Part shown: one piece after another, positions 47,186-57,456 of the stretch
Layout: every line of letters starts with the position of its first letter
How positions within the stretch are numbered: position 1 is the first letter of the stretch
Source: Vulcanimicrobiota bacterium
GTDB taxonomy: Bacteria > Vulcanimicrobiota > Vulcanimicrobiia > Vulcanimicrobiales > Vulcanimicrobiaceae
Reading direction: 5' to 3'
Assembly (NCBI GenBank): GCA_963820825.1
Contig: CAWGBN010000008.1
Span: 544,001-608,000 of the forward strand
DNA length: 64,000 nucleotides
Made by a program: the position numbers and the translations under genes
The notes under the pieces: generated by a model
What the model was told of the DNA's origin: nothing
The model's input: only the letters and a program-made list of their open reading frames with translations
Databases searched by the model: none

Positions 47186-48919
47186 CTACAACGGTTTGCC
47201 GTCGTCGCTCGTGCCGAGGATAAAGGGGCGCAGCAACGGAATCGGCGGATCGCCGCGCGAGAGCAGGTCGTCGTGGAACTTCTCCAGCGTGAACGCGCTG
47301 CCCAGCTTCTTCTTGTAGTCGCTGCGGAGCTTGAGAATCATCAGCTTGCCGAGCGTGTAGTAGCCGTACATCGGATCCTGCGTGCCGCGCAACGACTCTT
47401 CGAGCGCGACCTGCGGCGTTTGAAAGCACTGGCTCGTGAAGGTCCTCTCCGCCGCATCGAGCGTCATGCCTTGCGTGTGCAGCTTGACGCCGACGATGTA
47501 GCGGCACTCGCGCAACAAGGCTTCGTCGAGCTGCGCGAGGCGAACGCGCGGATCGCCGTTGCCCCAGCCCTCGTCGACCATCATCTGTTCGCTATAGTGC
47601 GCCCACCCTTCGGCGAACTCCGAGCTCAGCGAAAGTTTCCGCGTGAGGCTGAGGTCGAGCCCGCGCTCGATCGCGAAGTTCGTGAAGTGTCCGGGGTAGA
47701 CTTCGTGCGCCGAGATGATCGGAAACTCGAAATCGTTGAACTGCGCGAGGTACTCTTCTTTCTGCTTCGCCGACCAAGTCGGATCGACCGGCGTGACGTT
47801 GTAATACGACTGCGTCGCGACGGTCTCGAGTGGACCCGGCGAATCTTCGGAGGCCGTCGTCGTCGCTCGCTCGAAGGGCGGTGTCTCGACGACCTTGATG
47901 TTCGCGTCGGTTGGCAACGTTACCAGCTGCTTCGTCTCGACAAACGCACGCAGCCGAACGAGGTCGCGTTGCGCCGTCGAGAGCAAGGCGTCGGGCGCGG
48001 GATGGATGCGGGTGATCGAGAGATAGACCTGCAGCGGCGTCGCCTTCGGATCGATCTCCTTCGCGGTGGCGACGAACTGCGCGCGAGTCTGAGCGAGCGC
48101 CTTCTCTCCGACGCCGAGATACTGATCGAGCGGCATGTCGAGCGCGTCTTCGTAGAGTAAGCGCTGCCGGTAGGCATCGGCGCCGATCGCGAAGGTGCCA
48201 CTCGGCTTGAGCGTCTTGATCCACCGCGCGTACGCACCCATCGCCTCCATGACCGCGGCGTTCGCGCTCTTGAGTTGCGCTTGCAGCGACGCATCCTTGA
48301 CCGCATCGAATGCCAGCGGAACCGACTCTTTGAAGAAGTCGACCGAACCGGCTGCATCCTCGGCAGCGATCCGCTGCGTGACCGCGTCGACCGTGGTGAT
48401 GTTCTTCTCCGCGTCCTGCAGCAGTCCCGGGATCAATTTCTCGCGCGCGATTGCATAGCCCATGCGCGTGGCGAGCGGCGCGTAGTCTTTGCTCATCACC
48501 GTGAAGACCGCCCCGCTTGCCGATTCGGTGTAATCGTCGGGATTGTGCTTCCATTGGGCCAACGTGTCGTTGAGCAGCAGGTCGTCGCGCAACGAGTTCT
48601 CGAGCAGGGTACGATCGAGCGCCACGCTCGCCGAGAGCGAGGAGGGATCGATCGCGTCCAGCTTTGCGAGATAATCGTGGTCGACGGCGAGTTGCTGCGC
48701 GACGCCGGCCGCGGAGAAGTCGCCGATCTGATCGTCGTAATCGTGAATGCCGACCTCCGTCGCGGAGATCGGGCTAAGCCGAAATGCCTCGGCATAATAC
48801 GATTTTGCCAGCGCGACGTACGCGGCGTCGCCGCCGCTTGGTTCCGCAGGCGCCGGCGACGCCGCCAGCAGCGCAAAGGTAAGCAGCAGCGAGGGGAGGC
48901 GGTTGCAAATCTTCGTCAT
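47186..48919 (-). CDS. DUF885 family secreted protein (putative metallopeptidase)
   Basis: SPISATEVG.H.YD, HEVYPGH, EGWAHYSE, YTLGK. Confidence 0.9.
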   Translation of the reverse strand: MTKICNRLPSLLLTFALLAASPAPAEPSGGDAAYVALAKSYYAEAFRLSPISATEVGIHDYDDQIGDFSAAGVAQQLAVDHDYLAKLDAIDPSSLSASVALDRTLLENSLRDDLLLNDTLAQWKHNPDDYTESASGAVFTVMSKDYAPLATRMGYAIAREKLIPGLLQDAEKNITTVDAVTQRIAAEDAAGSVDFFKESVPLAFDAVKDASLQAQLKSANAAVMEAMGAYARWIKTLKPSGTFAIGADAYRQRLLYEDALDMPLDQYLGVGEKALAQTRAQFVATAKEIDPKATPLQVYLSITRIHPAPDALLSTAQRDLVRLRAFVETKQLVTLPTDANIKVVETPPFERATTTASEDSPGPLETVATQSYYNVTPVDPTWSAKQKEEYLAQFNDFEFPIISAHEVYPGHFTNFAIERGLDLSLTRKLSLSSEFAEGWAHYSEQMMVDEGWGNGDPRVRLAQLDEALLRECRYIVGVKLHTQGMTLDAAERTFTSQCFQTPQVALEESLRGTQDPMYGYYTLGKLMILKLRSDYKKKLGSAFTLEKFHDDLLSRGDPPIPLLRPFILGTSDDGKPL

Positions 48920-48995
48920 GGCGCCAAGACTTGCAACTGCGAAAACGCGCCACCTGCTGCCGGGGTTCGCCGTTCGTCGCTCGAAGGCAGGCGCA

Positions 48996-49871
48996 GTGGA
49001 TCGGCGTTGCAGATCGGTCGCGCTACTCGCTCTTGCGTTGCCGTTGCTCGCAAACGCTCGCGTGCAGGCCGATCCGATCGCAGCACCCTCGCCGTCGCCG
49101 AGCGCGCAGCCCTCGGATCCGTGCGGTGGTCCGGGACGCCTGTTGGCAACGCCCAATCGGCCCACCGTCGGATACAGCCCCTGCACCGTCAAGAGAGGAA
49201 CGGCGGTTTTCGAACTCGGCTATCAAAATCAAGTCAACGGCACGCCGGCCGACGGATCGGTCCAGAGCCAAGTGCCGCAGAACTTCTTGCGCGTCGGCGT
49301 TGCGACGCGCTTCGAACTCGACGTCATCGGGCCGAACTACGTTGCGACGCGTACGTATCAACCGAGCGAGCCGAGCGTGGTGACGCACGGCGTCACCGAT
49401 TCCGGTTTGGGGTTTAAGTACGAGTTGCCGCCCGCGGGAAGGTGGACCATCGGCTTCGACGGGCTCTACACCGGTCCGAACGGCTCGCCGTTTCTCACCA
49501 ACGGCAGCACCACGCTCACCGGAAACCTCGACGCGTCGTACGCTCTGACCCCGTCGACGGGCATCGGAACGACGATCGCCGTCTCGTCGACGGGAGCGCT
49601 CCAAAACGGCGTCCGCACGGAGTACGGCATCACCGAGCCGTCGTTTGTCGTGACCAAACAGATACCGCACTTCTATCAGTTCTATGCAGAGTACGTCTTC
49701 GTTTCGAAGGTAGCACCGAACGCCGGAGGCCGCACCTTCACCGACTTCGGCGTGCAGAAACTGCTTGGAACGAACACGGAGATCGACGTCGAGTACGGCC
49801 ACGCCTTCACCGGCGATCCCGCGCTACGATTCGATTACGTCGGCTCGGGGCTCGTCTTGCAGCTCTGGTAG
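48996..49871 (+). CDS. Outer-membrane beta-barrel transporter family protein
   Basis: NRPT....CTV..G...ELGY, amphipathic beta strands, C-terminal aromatic residue; start uncertain. Confidence 0.7.
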   Translation: MDRRCRSVALLALALPLLANARVQADPIAAPSPSPSAQPSDPCGGPGRLLATPNRPTVGYSPCTVKRGTAVFELGYQNQVNGTPADGSVQSQVPQNFLRVGVATRFELDVIGPNYVATRTYQPSEPSVVTHGVTDSGLGFKYELPPAGRWTIGFDGLYTGPNGSPFLTNGSTTLTGNLDASYALTPSTGIGTTIAVSSTGALQNGVRTEYGITEPSFVVTKQIPHFYQFYAEYVFVSKVAPNAGGRTFTDFGVQKLLGTNTEIDVEYGHAFTGDPALRFDYVGSGLVLQLW

Positions 49872-49874
49872 GAG

Positions 49875-51011
49875 CTACGGGCTCGCGCATTTTGGAATAC
49901 GCGCGTGCTGCGGCGGGACGTACGGGTCGCGCGGCGTGTAGAACGCGCGGAGCGGCCGGCGCCCGTCGACCGTCACCTCATAGGTCGGCTCGCTTCCGCA
50001 CCAACTGCCGAAATCGAAGCGCTGGCCTTGGCGCTCGAGCTTGGTCACCGTCAGCTTGCCGGAGACGAACGGTGCGCCGGCGACGATTTGCTTCGCCGGA
50101 CCGCCGCGAATCAGAAAGGCCGATCCGCCCTTACCTTGCAGCAGAAGCGTGCCGACTCCGTGCTTGTCGATGACGATGCCGCTCGCTTCGTCGACCCCGA
50201 TTCCGAACACGACGGCGGGCCGGCGACGAACCTTGCCGTCGGCGATCTGCCGCGCCATGAAGACCGCCGTTCTTCCGAAACGATTGCGCGTGACGAAGTG
50301 CATGTCGGCGATCGCATCGTGCAGCGGCGCGAAGGCAAAGAGATCGTACGTAAAGCTGATCAGCCGTTCGTAGGGATGGTGCACGGCGTTGCGCGTGTTG
50401 GCGTCGCGATCGACGTCGTTGCGCGCGTCGAAGACGAACTTGCTCAAGATCGCCTCGCCGGCGCTCGTGCCCCCGACCACGCCGCCCGCGTCGTAGACCC
50501 GCTGCACCGCAGATTGAACCGGCGTGCCTTTCCAGATGGCGTAGTCGGCTTGATCGCCGCCGGCGAAGAATATCGCCGAAGAGCGCGCGACGATCGCGGC
50601 TGCTTCGCGCAGAGTCTCCGCCGAGGAGCAGACCGGTACGAGCAGCGTGCGCACGGAGTGATACGGCGCGAGACGATAGATATAGCGATCGTAATCGTTA
50701 TTACCCGTCGCTCGCAGCACGACGAGATCGCCGCCGCGGCGGCCGTGCGATCCGACGACGGTATCGTGAATCCAAACGAACTCACCGTTGACGTCGGTCC
50801 CGCCGCCGCCGAGCACGAGGCCAGGTCCTTGAAGTTCGATCCGATGCGGTTTCGGCGCGCCGACGGGTTTGTAGAAAATCGGCTTGCAGGCGGCCGGCGC
50901 GCGCTGCGTCGTCGCGGCCGGCTCGGAGCGGCTCGCGGGAAGCGGACCGCCGCAACCGCAGAGCACCGCGAGAATAATGCCCGCGCAGAGCAAGGGCACC
51001 AATTCCGCCAT
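49875..51011 (-). CDS. Cyanophycinase-like S51 peptidase, probable lipoprotein
   Basis: LVLGGG, FFAGGDQ, GGTSAG, DMHF..RNR.GR, GVDE; LCGC lipobox. Confidence 0.88.
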   Translation of the reverse strand: MAELVPLLCAGIILAVLCGCGGPLPASRSEPAATTQRAPAACKPIFYKPVGAPKPHRIELQGPGLVLGGGGTDVNGEFVWIHDTVVGSHGRRGGDLVVLRATGNNDYDRYIYRLAPYHSVRTLLVPVCSSAETLREAAAIVARSSAIFFAGGDQADYAIWKGTPVQSAVQRVYDAGGVVGGTSAGEAILSKFVFDARNDVDRDANTRNAVHHPYERLISFTYDLFAFAPLHDAIADMHFVTRNRFGRTAVFMARQIADGKVRRRPAVVFGIGVDEASGIVIDKHGVGTLLLQGKGGSAFLIRGGPAKQIVAGAPFVSGKLTVTKLERQGQRFDFGSWCGSEPTYEVTVDGRRPLRAFYTPRDPYVPPQHARIPKCASP

Positions 51012-51134
51012 GCGGAAGGTTCGCTTTGGGGGTCTGCGATGTTTACACACGTCCTGCGCCGTTATTTTACCGCCGCCGTGGTTCTAACATCTACCGCGTG
51101 TTCGAGCAGGCCGCCGCTCGTCAAGAGGTAAGGA

Positions 51135-52445
51135 GTGCTCGGCGATCTCGACGTCATCGTCGTCGGAGCCGGCGCCGCAGGCTTAGCGGCGGCGCGCCAT
51201 CTCGGCCGAAAATCGATGCGCGTCATGGTGCTCGAGGCGCGCGACCGCATCGGCGGGCGCGTTTGGCCGTTTGCGCCGCGCGAATCGTGGGGAGAGCTCG
51301 GCGCCGAGTTCGTTCACGGCCGCGCGTCGCTCACGTACGAGTTGCTGCGCGAGGCGGGGCTGGCATGGGATCCCGTCGACGGCGAGCGCTGGGGCCGCAC
51401 ACCCGACGGAGGGCTGCAATGTGAAATGGAGTCGTTCGGGCCGGACACGACACTCTTCGATGCGCTGCAAAACGTACAAGGAGACGTCAGCGTCGCCGAG
51501 TACTTCCAACGCTATTCCGGCGATCCGGCGATGCGCTTGCGCATCGAATCGGCAACTGCCTTCATCGAAGGCTTCGATGCAGCCGATCCCCGGATCGCAA
51601 GCGCGCGCGCGATCGCCGCGGAGTGGAGCTCGGGCGTCGACGAAAGCTCGACGCGGCCGCGCCACACGTACCGGCCACTCTTCTATTTCGTCTACGACGC
51701 GTGCCTCAAGCTCGGCGTCGATTTTCACTTCTCTACCGTCGTCGAACGCATCGCGTGGAGCAAGGGGCGAGTCGCGGTCGAGGCGCGCGGCGAGCGAGGT
51801 GTACGGCAGACGTTTGACGCTCGCGCCTGCATCGTAACGATCCCCGCCGGCGTGCTGCGGCATACCGGCGACGCAACGGCGATCGCGTTCGATCCGCCGC
51901 TGCCCGGTGACAAACGGCAAGCACTGCAAGCGATAGAGATGGGAGATGCGGTCAAGGTGGCGCTCTGGTTTCGATCCCGGTTCTGGGAGCGGCTCGACGG
52001 CGGGCGCTATCGCGATGCGGCCTTCTTCCGCACGGCCGGCGAGCCGTTTACCGTCTATTGGAGCGCGCTTCCGCAACGCAATACGATCGTCAATGGCTGG
52101 AGCGGCGGTCCGAAAGCGACCGCGTTGCAGAATCTCTCGGAGGATGCGCTGGTCGATCGCGCGCTGCGCGGCTTCGGCGCGCTCTTCGATAACGAACGGC
52201 TCGCGCGCGAGGAGTTCGTTGCCGGGGCCGTGCACGATTGGCGCGCCGATCCCTTCGCTCGCGGCGCCTATAGCTATCTAGCGGTCGGCGCGGACGACGC
52301 TCGCGCGGTTCTCGGTGCGCCGCTCGCAGGCACGCTCTTCTTCGCGGGTGAAGCGACGGCGCTCAATGGCGAGAGCGGAACGGTGAACGGGGCCTTGGAG
52401 TCCGGCGAGCGCGCCGCCGCAGAAATAGAGGCTGCGCATGAATGA
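51135..52445 (+). CDS. Flavin monoamine oxidase family protein
   Basis: VGAGAAGL, LEARDRIGGR, ELGAEFVHG, FFAGEAT, TVNGALESG. Confidence 0.92.
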   Translation: MLGDLDVIVVGAGAAGLAAARHLGRKSMRVMVLEARDRIGGRVWPFAPRESWGELGAEFVHGRASLTYELLREAGLAWDPVDGERWGRTPDGGLQCEMESFGPDTTLFDALQNVQGDVSVAEYFQRYSGDPAMRLRIESATAFIEGFDAADPRIASARAIAAEWSSGVDESSTRPRHTYRPLFYFVYDACLKLGVDFHFSTVVERIAWSKGRVAVEARGERGVRQTFDARACIVTIPAGVLRHTGDATAIAFDPPLPGDKRQALQAIEMGDAVKVALWFRSRFWERLDGGRYRDAAFFRTAGEPFTVYWSALPQRNTIVNGWSGGPKATALQNLSEDALVDRALRGFGALFDNERLAREEFVAGAVHDWRADPFARGAYSYLAVGADDARAVLGAPLAGTLFFAGEATALNGESGTVNGALESGERAAAEIEAAHE

Positions 52446-52968
52446 ATCGCCGGCCGCCGCACTCGGAGCCTGGGGGACGTTCTACACGATGCTCGGTTCG
52501 TCGGCGGCGGCCCTGACCGGGTTGATGTTCGTCGTCATCGGCGTGGTGATGTCCTCATCGCGGCTCAAGCGGACGCGCGACGGGATGTCGGTCTTCAGCA
52601 CCCCGACCGTCGTGCACTTCGGCGCGACGCTCTTTACCGCCGTCATCGCGCTGATGCCGTGGCACTCGCCGCTTGCGCCGTCGCTGCTCTTCGCGCTCGC
52701 CGGCCTCCTGGGAATCGCCTACATGCTGCGGCTCATCTATCGCACGCGCAAATTGGTCGATTACCGCGCCGACCTCGACGATTGGGCATGGTACAACATC
52801 CTGCCGTTCGTCGCGTACGGCACGCTCACGATCGGCGGCCTTTGGGCGCTCGTCGCGACGTCGCGCGCGCTCTTCGTCGTTGCCGGCGCCGCAGTACTGC
52901 TGATCTTCATCGGACTGCGCAACGCCTGGGACATCGTCACCTACATCGCCGCCCGCGAACTGGAGTAG
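52438..52968 (+). CDS. Hypothetical membrane protein
   Basis: GSSAAALTGLMFV, FSTPTVVHF, IGLRNAWD; several TM segments. Confidence 0.8.
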   Translation: MNESPAAALGAWGTFYTMLGSSAAALTGLMFVVIGVVMSSSRLKRTRDGMSVFSTPTVVHFGATLFTAVIALMPWHSPLAPSLLFALAGLLGIAYMLRLIYRTRKLVDYRADLDDWAWYNILPFVAYGTLTIGGLWALVATSRALFVVAGAAVLLIFIGLRNAWDIVTYIAARELE

Positions 52969-52972
52969 CGCG

Positions 52973-53386
52973 CTAATGGCCGCTCCCCGGAGTCCCTTCC
53001 TGCGCCGCAAAGACGTAGATCGTTCCACGGATAGTCGCACTTCCGCTCATCTTGTTGCCGCTCATCGTACCTCTGAAGGTAATCTGCCGGATGACGAGCG
53101 TGACGTTCGAATCGGTGACGCCTCCCGAGACCGGAATGTTGTAGCCGTTGGCAAACGGACTCCCCGGCCGGGTGGAGATGTCGGTGTAGGTGCCGCTGAT
53201 GATCCCTTTGTTGAAGTTCAGGTGCAGTTGGCCGACGTACGGCGTCTGCGACGAGTGCATCGGATGGAATCCGATTACGTAAGGGATGTTACGAACGTTG
53301 CCCTGGACCGCCACGGCTCCGGCGTGGGTGGGCAGAGCGAACGGTACGATTACCGCGGTCGCAATGAGTAAGAGCCGTCGAATCAT
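52973..53386 (-). CDS. Secreted hypothetical protein
   Basis: GAGAGG RBS, signal peptide, beta-rich body. Confidence 0.78.
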   Translation of the reverse strand: MIRRLLLIATAVIVPFALPTHAGAVAVQGNVRNIPYVIGFHPMHSSQTPYVGQLHLNFNKGIISGTYTDISTRPGSPFANGYNIPVSGGVTDSNVTLVIRQITFRGTMSGNKMSGSATIRGTIYVFAAQEGTPGSGH

Positions 53387-53400
53387 ATCGATCCTCTCCG

Positions 53401-54228
53401 TTAGGTTTTCCGCTTATCGGCGAGCGCCTTCGCGACTTTCAAGGGAATCGCACCGCCGGGAATGACGAGGTTGAGCGTCTCCGCGCCGATGTCGAAGAGC
53501 GTCTCGGGCTTGAGCAAGCTCGCCATTGCCGCCATCGCCGCCGAGGGTTGCGTCTGCAGCTCGCCGGTGATCGCGTCGACCGCCACCTCGGCCGATTTGC
53601 CTTTTGCCGTCCATTCGAACTTGAAGTTGAACGTTGGTCGAAGGTGCAGGTCGATGCACTCCACGTTCACCTGCTCTTCTCTGACGCGATCGGCGTCGGA
53701 GGGGCGAATGTCCTCGCCGAGCAGCGCGCGAATCACCGCCGAGGCGCGGACCGACGGCGTAACGATCTTCGCGCCTTCCGGCGCGAACGTTTCGAGATCG
53801 ACCGGAATCGCGTTTGCCTTGAGATAGGGCTGGGCGTTCGCCGGCGCACTGCTGAGGCCGTCGAGCCAGAGCTCTCGTTGCTCGTCGCGCTCGCAGTGCT
53901 CTACGACCGGCACCTCGATCGCGCTTGCCGTAACTTTATACTCGTCCGCACCGACCGTGACCGTCTTGGTATGCGCCGTTTTGACCGGAACCTTATACGA
54001 CTCGCTTCGATCGTAGACGAACCGGAGATGCGCCTTGGCGTGCCAGAGCGGAAGATACCACAGCCCTTGATCCGACACTACGATATCCTCGTCTTTGGGC
54101 CGCGAGAAGAGCCGCGAGAGGGTTCCGAAAACGGAGACCTTATGCGCGCTCGCGCGACCGCGCGCTTCTTCGGGCGTGATCAGCGGCTCGAAATAGAAGG
54201 CGCCCTGTTCGGCGATCAGGATTTCCAT
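53401..54228 (-). CDS. Hypothetical cytoplasmic protein
   Basis: Clean 275-aa ORF with coding-like composition; family not recognised. Confidence 0.75.
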   Translation of the reverse strand: MEILIAEQGAFYFEPLITPEEARGRASAHKVSVFGTLSRLFSRPKDEDIVVSDQGLWYLPLWHAKAHLRFVYDRSESYKVPVKTAHTKTVTVGADEYKVTASAIEVPVVEHCERDEQRELWLDGLSSAPANAQPYLKANAIPVDLETFAPEGAKIVTPSVRASAVIRALLGEDIRPSDADRVREEQVNVECIDLHLRPTFNFKFEWTAKGKSAEVAVDAITGELQTQPSAAMAAMASLLKPETLFDIGAETLNLVIPGGAIPLKVAKALADKRKT

Positions 54229-54353
54229 GCGGTCTCGTTCCTAAAGCGCATGAAGCCTCTATTATGCCAAGCGCCCTCGAAAGCCACCTGCAGGGCGCCG
54301 CTTTTACATCTCTTTGATGGCCTAAAGCCGCTCCAATTCATTAAGATTGCGGC

Positions 54354-55673
54354 ATGACTGGGTTCGTACGCAGCATTACCGGGATTTGCGCGTTCGCGGC
54401 GCTCTCGCTACCGGCCCTCGCCGATTCGTCGGACGTCACGATGTTTCGCGCCGATGCCGCGCATCGCGGCCTCTACGGCTCGACCGCGCCGGCGCTGCAC
54501 GGCGTGAAGTGGCGATTCCAGACCAGGGGAAGCATCGTCTCTTCGCCGGCCGTTGCGAACGGCACCGTCTACGTTGGAAGCGCCGATCACCATCTCTACG
54601 CGGTTCGCGCGCAAGACGGAACCCAGCTCTGGGCCTTTGCGACCAAAGGCGCGGTGAACTCGTCGCCGGCCGTCGCGAACGGGCTCGTCTTCTTCTCGAG
54701 CCTCGACGGAAACGTCTACGCGGTCGACGCGGCGAGCGGCGCCCAGGCGTGGCGCTTCGCTACCGGCGGCGAGCGCCGGTTCAGCGCACCCGGAATTCAC
54801 GGCATCCAGCCCCGCAGCGAGATCATGCCCGACCCCTTCGACGTCTTCCTATCCTCTCCGGCCGTTGCGAACGGTATGGTCTACGTGGGCAGCGGCGATC
54901 ACAACGTCTACGCGCTCGACGAGCGCACCGGCGCGCTTCGCTGGAAGTTCGAAACGGGGAACGTCGTCCACGCCTCGCCGGCCGTGGCCGGGGGCACGGT
55001 CTTCATCGGAAGCTGGGATCGCTACTTCTACGCGCTCGACGCGCAGACGGGAACGCTTCGCTGGAAGTTTGCCACCGGCGAGGATCGCGACGTCTACAAC
55101 CAGGTTGGGATCGCCGGTTCGGCCGCGGTGGTGGACGGTACCGTTTACTTCGGCTGCCGCGACAGTCACTTCTATGCGCTCGACGCGCGCAGCGGTGCGC
55201 TGCGCTGGAGACGCGACCATCATGGGAGCTGGGTCATCGCCTCTCCGGCCGTCGACGGGCGAACGGTGCTCTATACCACCTCCGACGAGCGTCGTTTCTA
55301 CGCGATCGACGCGGCGAACGGCGCCGTGCGTTTCACGATGCCGTACGGCAGCTTCGCCTTCTCCTCGCCGGCGGTCGCCGGCGACGTCGCATACTTCGGC
55401 ACCTTCGACGGCCGCCTCTACGGCGTCGACGTCCGCTCGGGCAGCGTCGTCGCGCGTTTCTCGACCGACGCCTCGGCACGATCGCTCGCCTCGCATCTCG
55501 ATGCGTCGGGCAACCTCGATCTCTCCGGGTTCTACGGCGACTCGACGCTCGACGCCACGATCGTTGGGTTGCACGCGATCTACGCGCTCGGCTCGATCGT
55601 CGGCTCGCCGGCAATCGCCGGCGGCACGCTCTTCATCGGTAGCACCGAGGGCACGTTGTACGCCATCGAGTAA
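54354..55673 (+). CDS. PQQ-like/BamB beta-propeller repeat secreted protein
   Basis: Repeats SSPAVANG.VY.GS.D..YALD..TG..RWKF.TG; signal peptide. Confidence 0.92.
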   Translation: MTGFVRSITGICAFAALSLPALADSSDVTMFRADAAHRGLYGSTAPALHGVKWRFQTRGSIVSSPAVANGTVYVGSADHHLYAVRAQDGTQLWAFATKGAVNSSPAVANGLVFFSSLDGNVYAVDAASGAQAWRFATGGERRFSAPGIHGIQPRSEIMPDPFDVFLSSPAVANGMVYVGSGDHNVYALDERTGALRWKFETGNVVHASPAVAGGTVFIGSWDRYFYALDAQTGTLRWKFATGEDRDVYNQVGIAGSAAVVDGTVYFGCRDSHFYALDARSGALRWRRDHHGSWVIASPAVDGRTVLYTTSDERRFYAIDAANGAVRFTMPYGSFAFSSPAVAGDVAYFGTFDGRLYGVDVRSGSVVARFSTDASARSLASHLDASGNLDLSGFYGDSTLDATIVGLHAIYALGSIVGSPAIAGGTLFIGSTEGTLYAIE

Positions 55674-55705
55674 CGTAGCTTTGGCCAACCGATGGAAGGA
55701 TCGAT

Positions 55706-56377
55706 ATGTTAGCGCAGAGTGCCGTCCTTGCCGCATTGCTCGCCGCCGCCCAGCCCGCGCAGACCGCGACCGGAATTCCGCTCGACGCGCCGTGGAAGGT
55801 GACGATCTACGAGCTCGCCCGTTCGACGTTCCACCATCCCGCCTGGGGCTGGCAACACTCGGAGCGCAACTATCGCATCGCGCTCGAGCTCGCGCAAGGC
55901 GACGCAATGCGCGTCGACACCGACGTGCTTTTTGCCGCTGCCTTCCTCCACGACATGGCGGCCTTCATGCCGTGCAAAGAGGCAAAGCTCGAACACGGTG
56001 AGTGCGCCGCCGAGCAGAGCGGTGCGATCCTGCGCGCCGCCGGATTTCCGATGGAGAAGTTTCCTGCGGTGCAGGCCGCCGAGCGCGGCCACATGTACTA
56101 CAGCAACCCCGGAACGCAGCCCGAAGCGATCGTCTTGCACGATGCCGATTCGCTCGATTTCTTGGGTGACGTCGGTGCCGCGCGAATGATCTCGCTCACC
56201 GGCGAAGGCGCCGAAAGCTTCGCCCGTGCCGTCAAAACGTTACGGTCGTTCGTGAGCGAGATTCCGCCGCATCTCATCACCAAGACCGCGCAGGCAATGG
56301 GTGCGCAGCGGGCTGCGGAGCTGCAACGCTTCCTCGACGCGCTCGATGCCGAGACGTTTGGCGGCCAGGCGATGTAA
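55706..56377 (+). CDS. HD domain phosphohydrolase with hydrophobic N-terminal leader
   Basis: HSER, FLHDM, EHG, HDADSLDFLG. Confidence 0.85.
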   Translation: MLAQSAVLAALLAAAQPAQTATGIPLDAPWKVTIYELARSTFHHPAWGWQHSERNYRIALELAQGDAMRVDTDVLFAAAFLHDMAAFMPCKEAKLEHGECAAEQSGAILRAAGFPMEKFPAVQAAERGHMYYSNPGTQPEAIVLHDADSLDFLGDVGAARMISLTGEGAESFARAVKTLRSFVSEIPPHLITKTAQAMGAQRAAELQRFLDALDAETFGGQAM

Positions 56378-57456
56378 TGGAGCTGCTCTGTCTCGACGGC
56401 GGCTCGTCGTCGCTCAAATACGCCGCCTACCACGCTGCCGGCGACCGGCTCGAGCGCACGGCGGACGGAACCGAACCGGCAACCGGCGATGCGGGCGCCG
56501 CGCTCGATGCCGTGCTTGCGAAGCTCCCGGCCGGCGACGGTGCCGCAATCGCCGCCGCCGGTCACCGGATCGTCTTCGGCGGCCTTCGCTACGCGGCTCC
56601 GGTGCGTGCCGATGGTGCCGTCCTGAAAGATCTCGAGACGCTGGTGCCGATCGAACCGCTGCACCTGCGCAGCGAGCTCGACCTCGTCTACGCGGCGATG
56701 CAGCGCCTCCCCGATACCGCGCACGTGCTCTGCTTCGACACCGCGTTCCATCGGCAATCGCCGCCGATTGCCAAGCGGCTTCCCTTACCCGAAGCGATCG
56801 ATCCGCTGATCCAGCGCTACGGTTTTCACGGACTCTCATACGAGTACATCGCGTCGCAGCTCGACGCGGATGCGAAGTTGGCCGTCGTCGCGCATCTCGG
56901 CTCCGGCGCGAGTCTCTGCGCGCTCAAAGAGCGGCGGCCGGTCGACACGACGATGGGCTTCAGCGCGCTCGGCGGCCTCATGATGGGCACGCGTCCGGGC
57001 GATCTCGACCCGGGCATCATTCTTCGACTGCTCGAAGCCGACGAATACGATGCGGCGCGTCTCTCCGATTTGCTCTATCGCAAATCGGGACTGCTCGGCG
57101 TCTCCGGAACGACCGGCGACATGCAAACGCTCACCTCCGCGGCTGCATCGGACCGGCGCGCCGCTGCGGCGGTCGAGCTCTTCATCTACCAGCTGATCAA
57201 ACAGCTCGGAGCGATGATCGCCGTGCTCGGCGGCATCACCACGCTGGTCTTTACCGGCGGTATCGGCGAGCACGAGCCGAGCATTCGTGCCGGCGTCTGC
57301 GCGAGCCTCGGCTATCTCGGGGTGCGACTCGACGATGACGCGAACGCACGCAACGAACGCACGATCTCAACGCACGATAGTCGCGTCGCCGTCCTCGTCA
57401 TCCCGACCGACGAGAACCTCATGATCGCACGCCATACGCTGCGTCTGCTCGGCTAG
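56377..57456 (+). CDS. ackA: Acetate/propionate kinase
   Basis: GSSSLK, GHRIV.GG, PLH, FDTAFH, YGFHGLS, HLGSGAS, FTGGIGE, TDE. Confidence 0.95.
   Translation: MELLCLDGGSSSLKYAAYHAAGDRLERTADGTEPATGDAGAALDAVLAKLPAGDGAAIAAAGHRIVFGGLRYAAPVRADGAVLKDLETLVPIEPLHLRSELDLVYAAMQRLPDTAHVLCFDTAFHRQSPPIAKRLPLPEAIDPLIQRYGFHGLSYEYIASQLDADAKLAVVAHLGSGASLCALKERRPVDTTMGFSALGGLMMGTRPGDLDPGIILRLLEADEYDAARLSDLLYRKSGLLGVSGTTGDMQTLTSAAASDRRAAAAVELFIYQLIKQLGAMIAVLGGITTLVFTGGIGEHEPSIRAGVCASLGYLGVRLDDDANARNERTISTHDSRVAVLVIPTDENLMIARHTLRLLG

Noticed and set aside
54354..55673. Tandem nucleotide repeats
   Set aside because: Explained by PQQ-like beta-propeller blades
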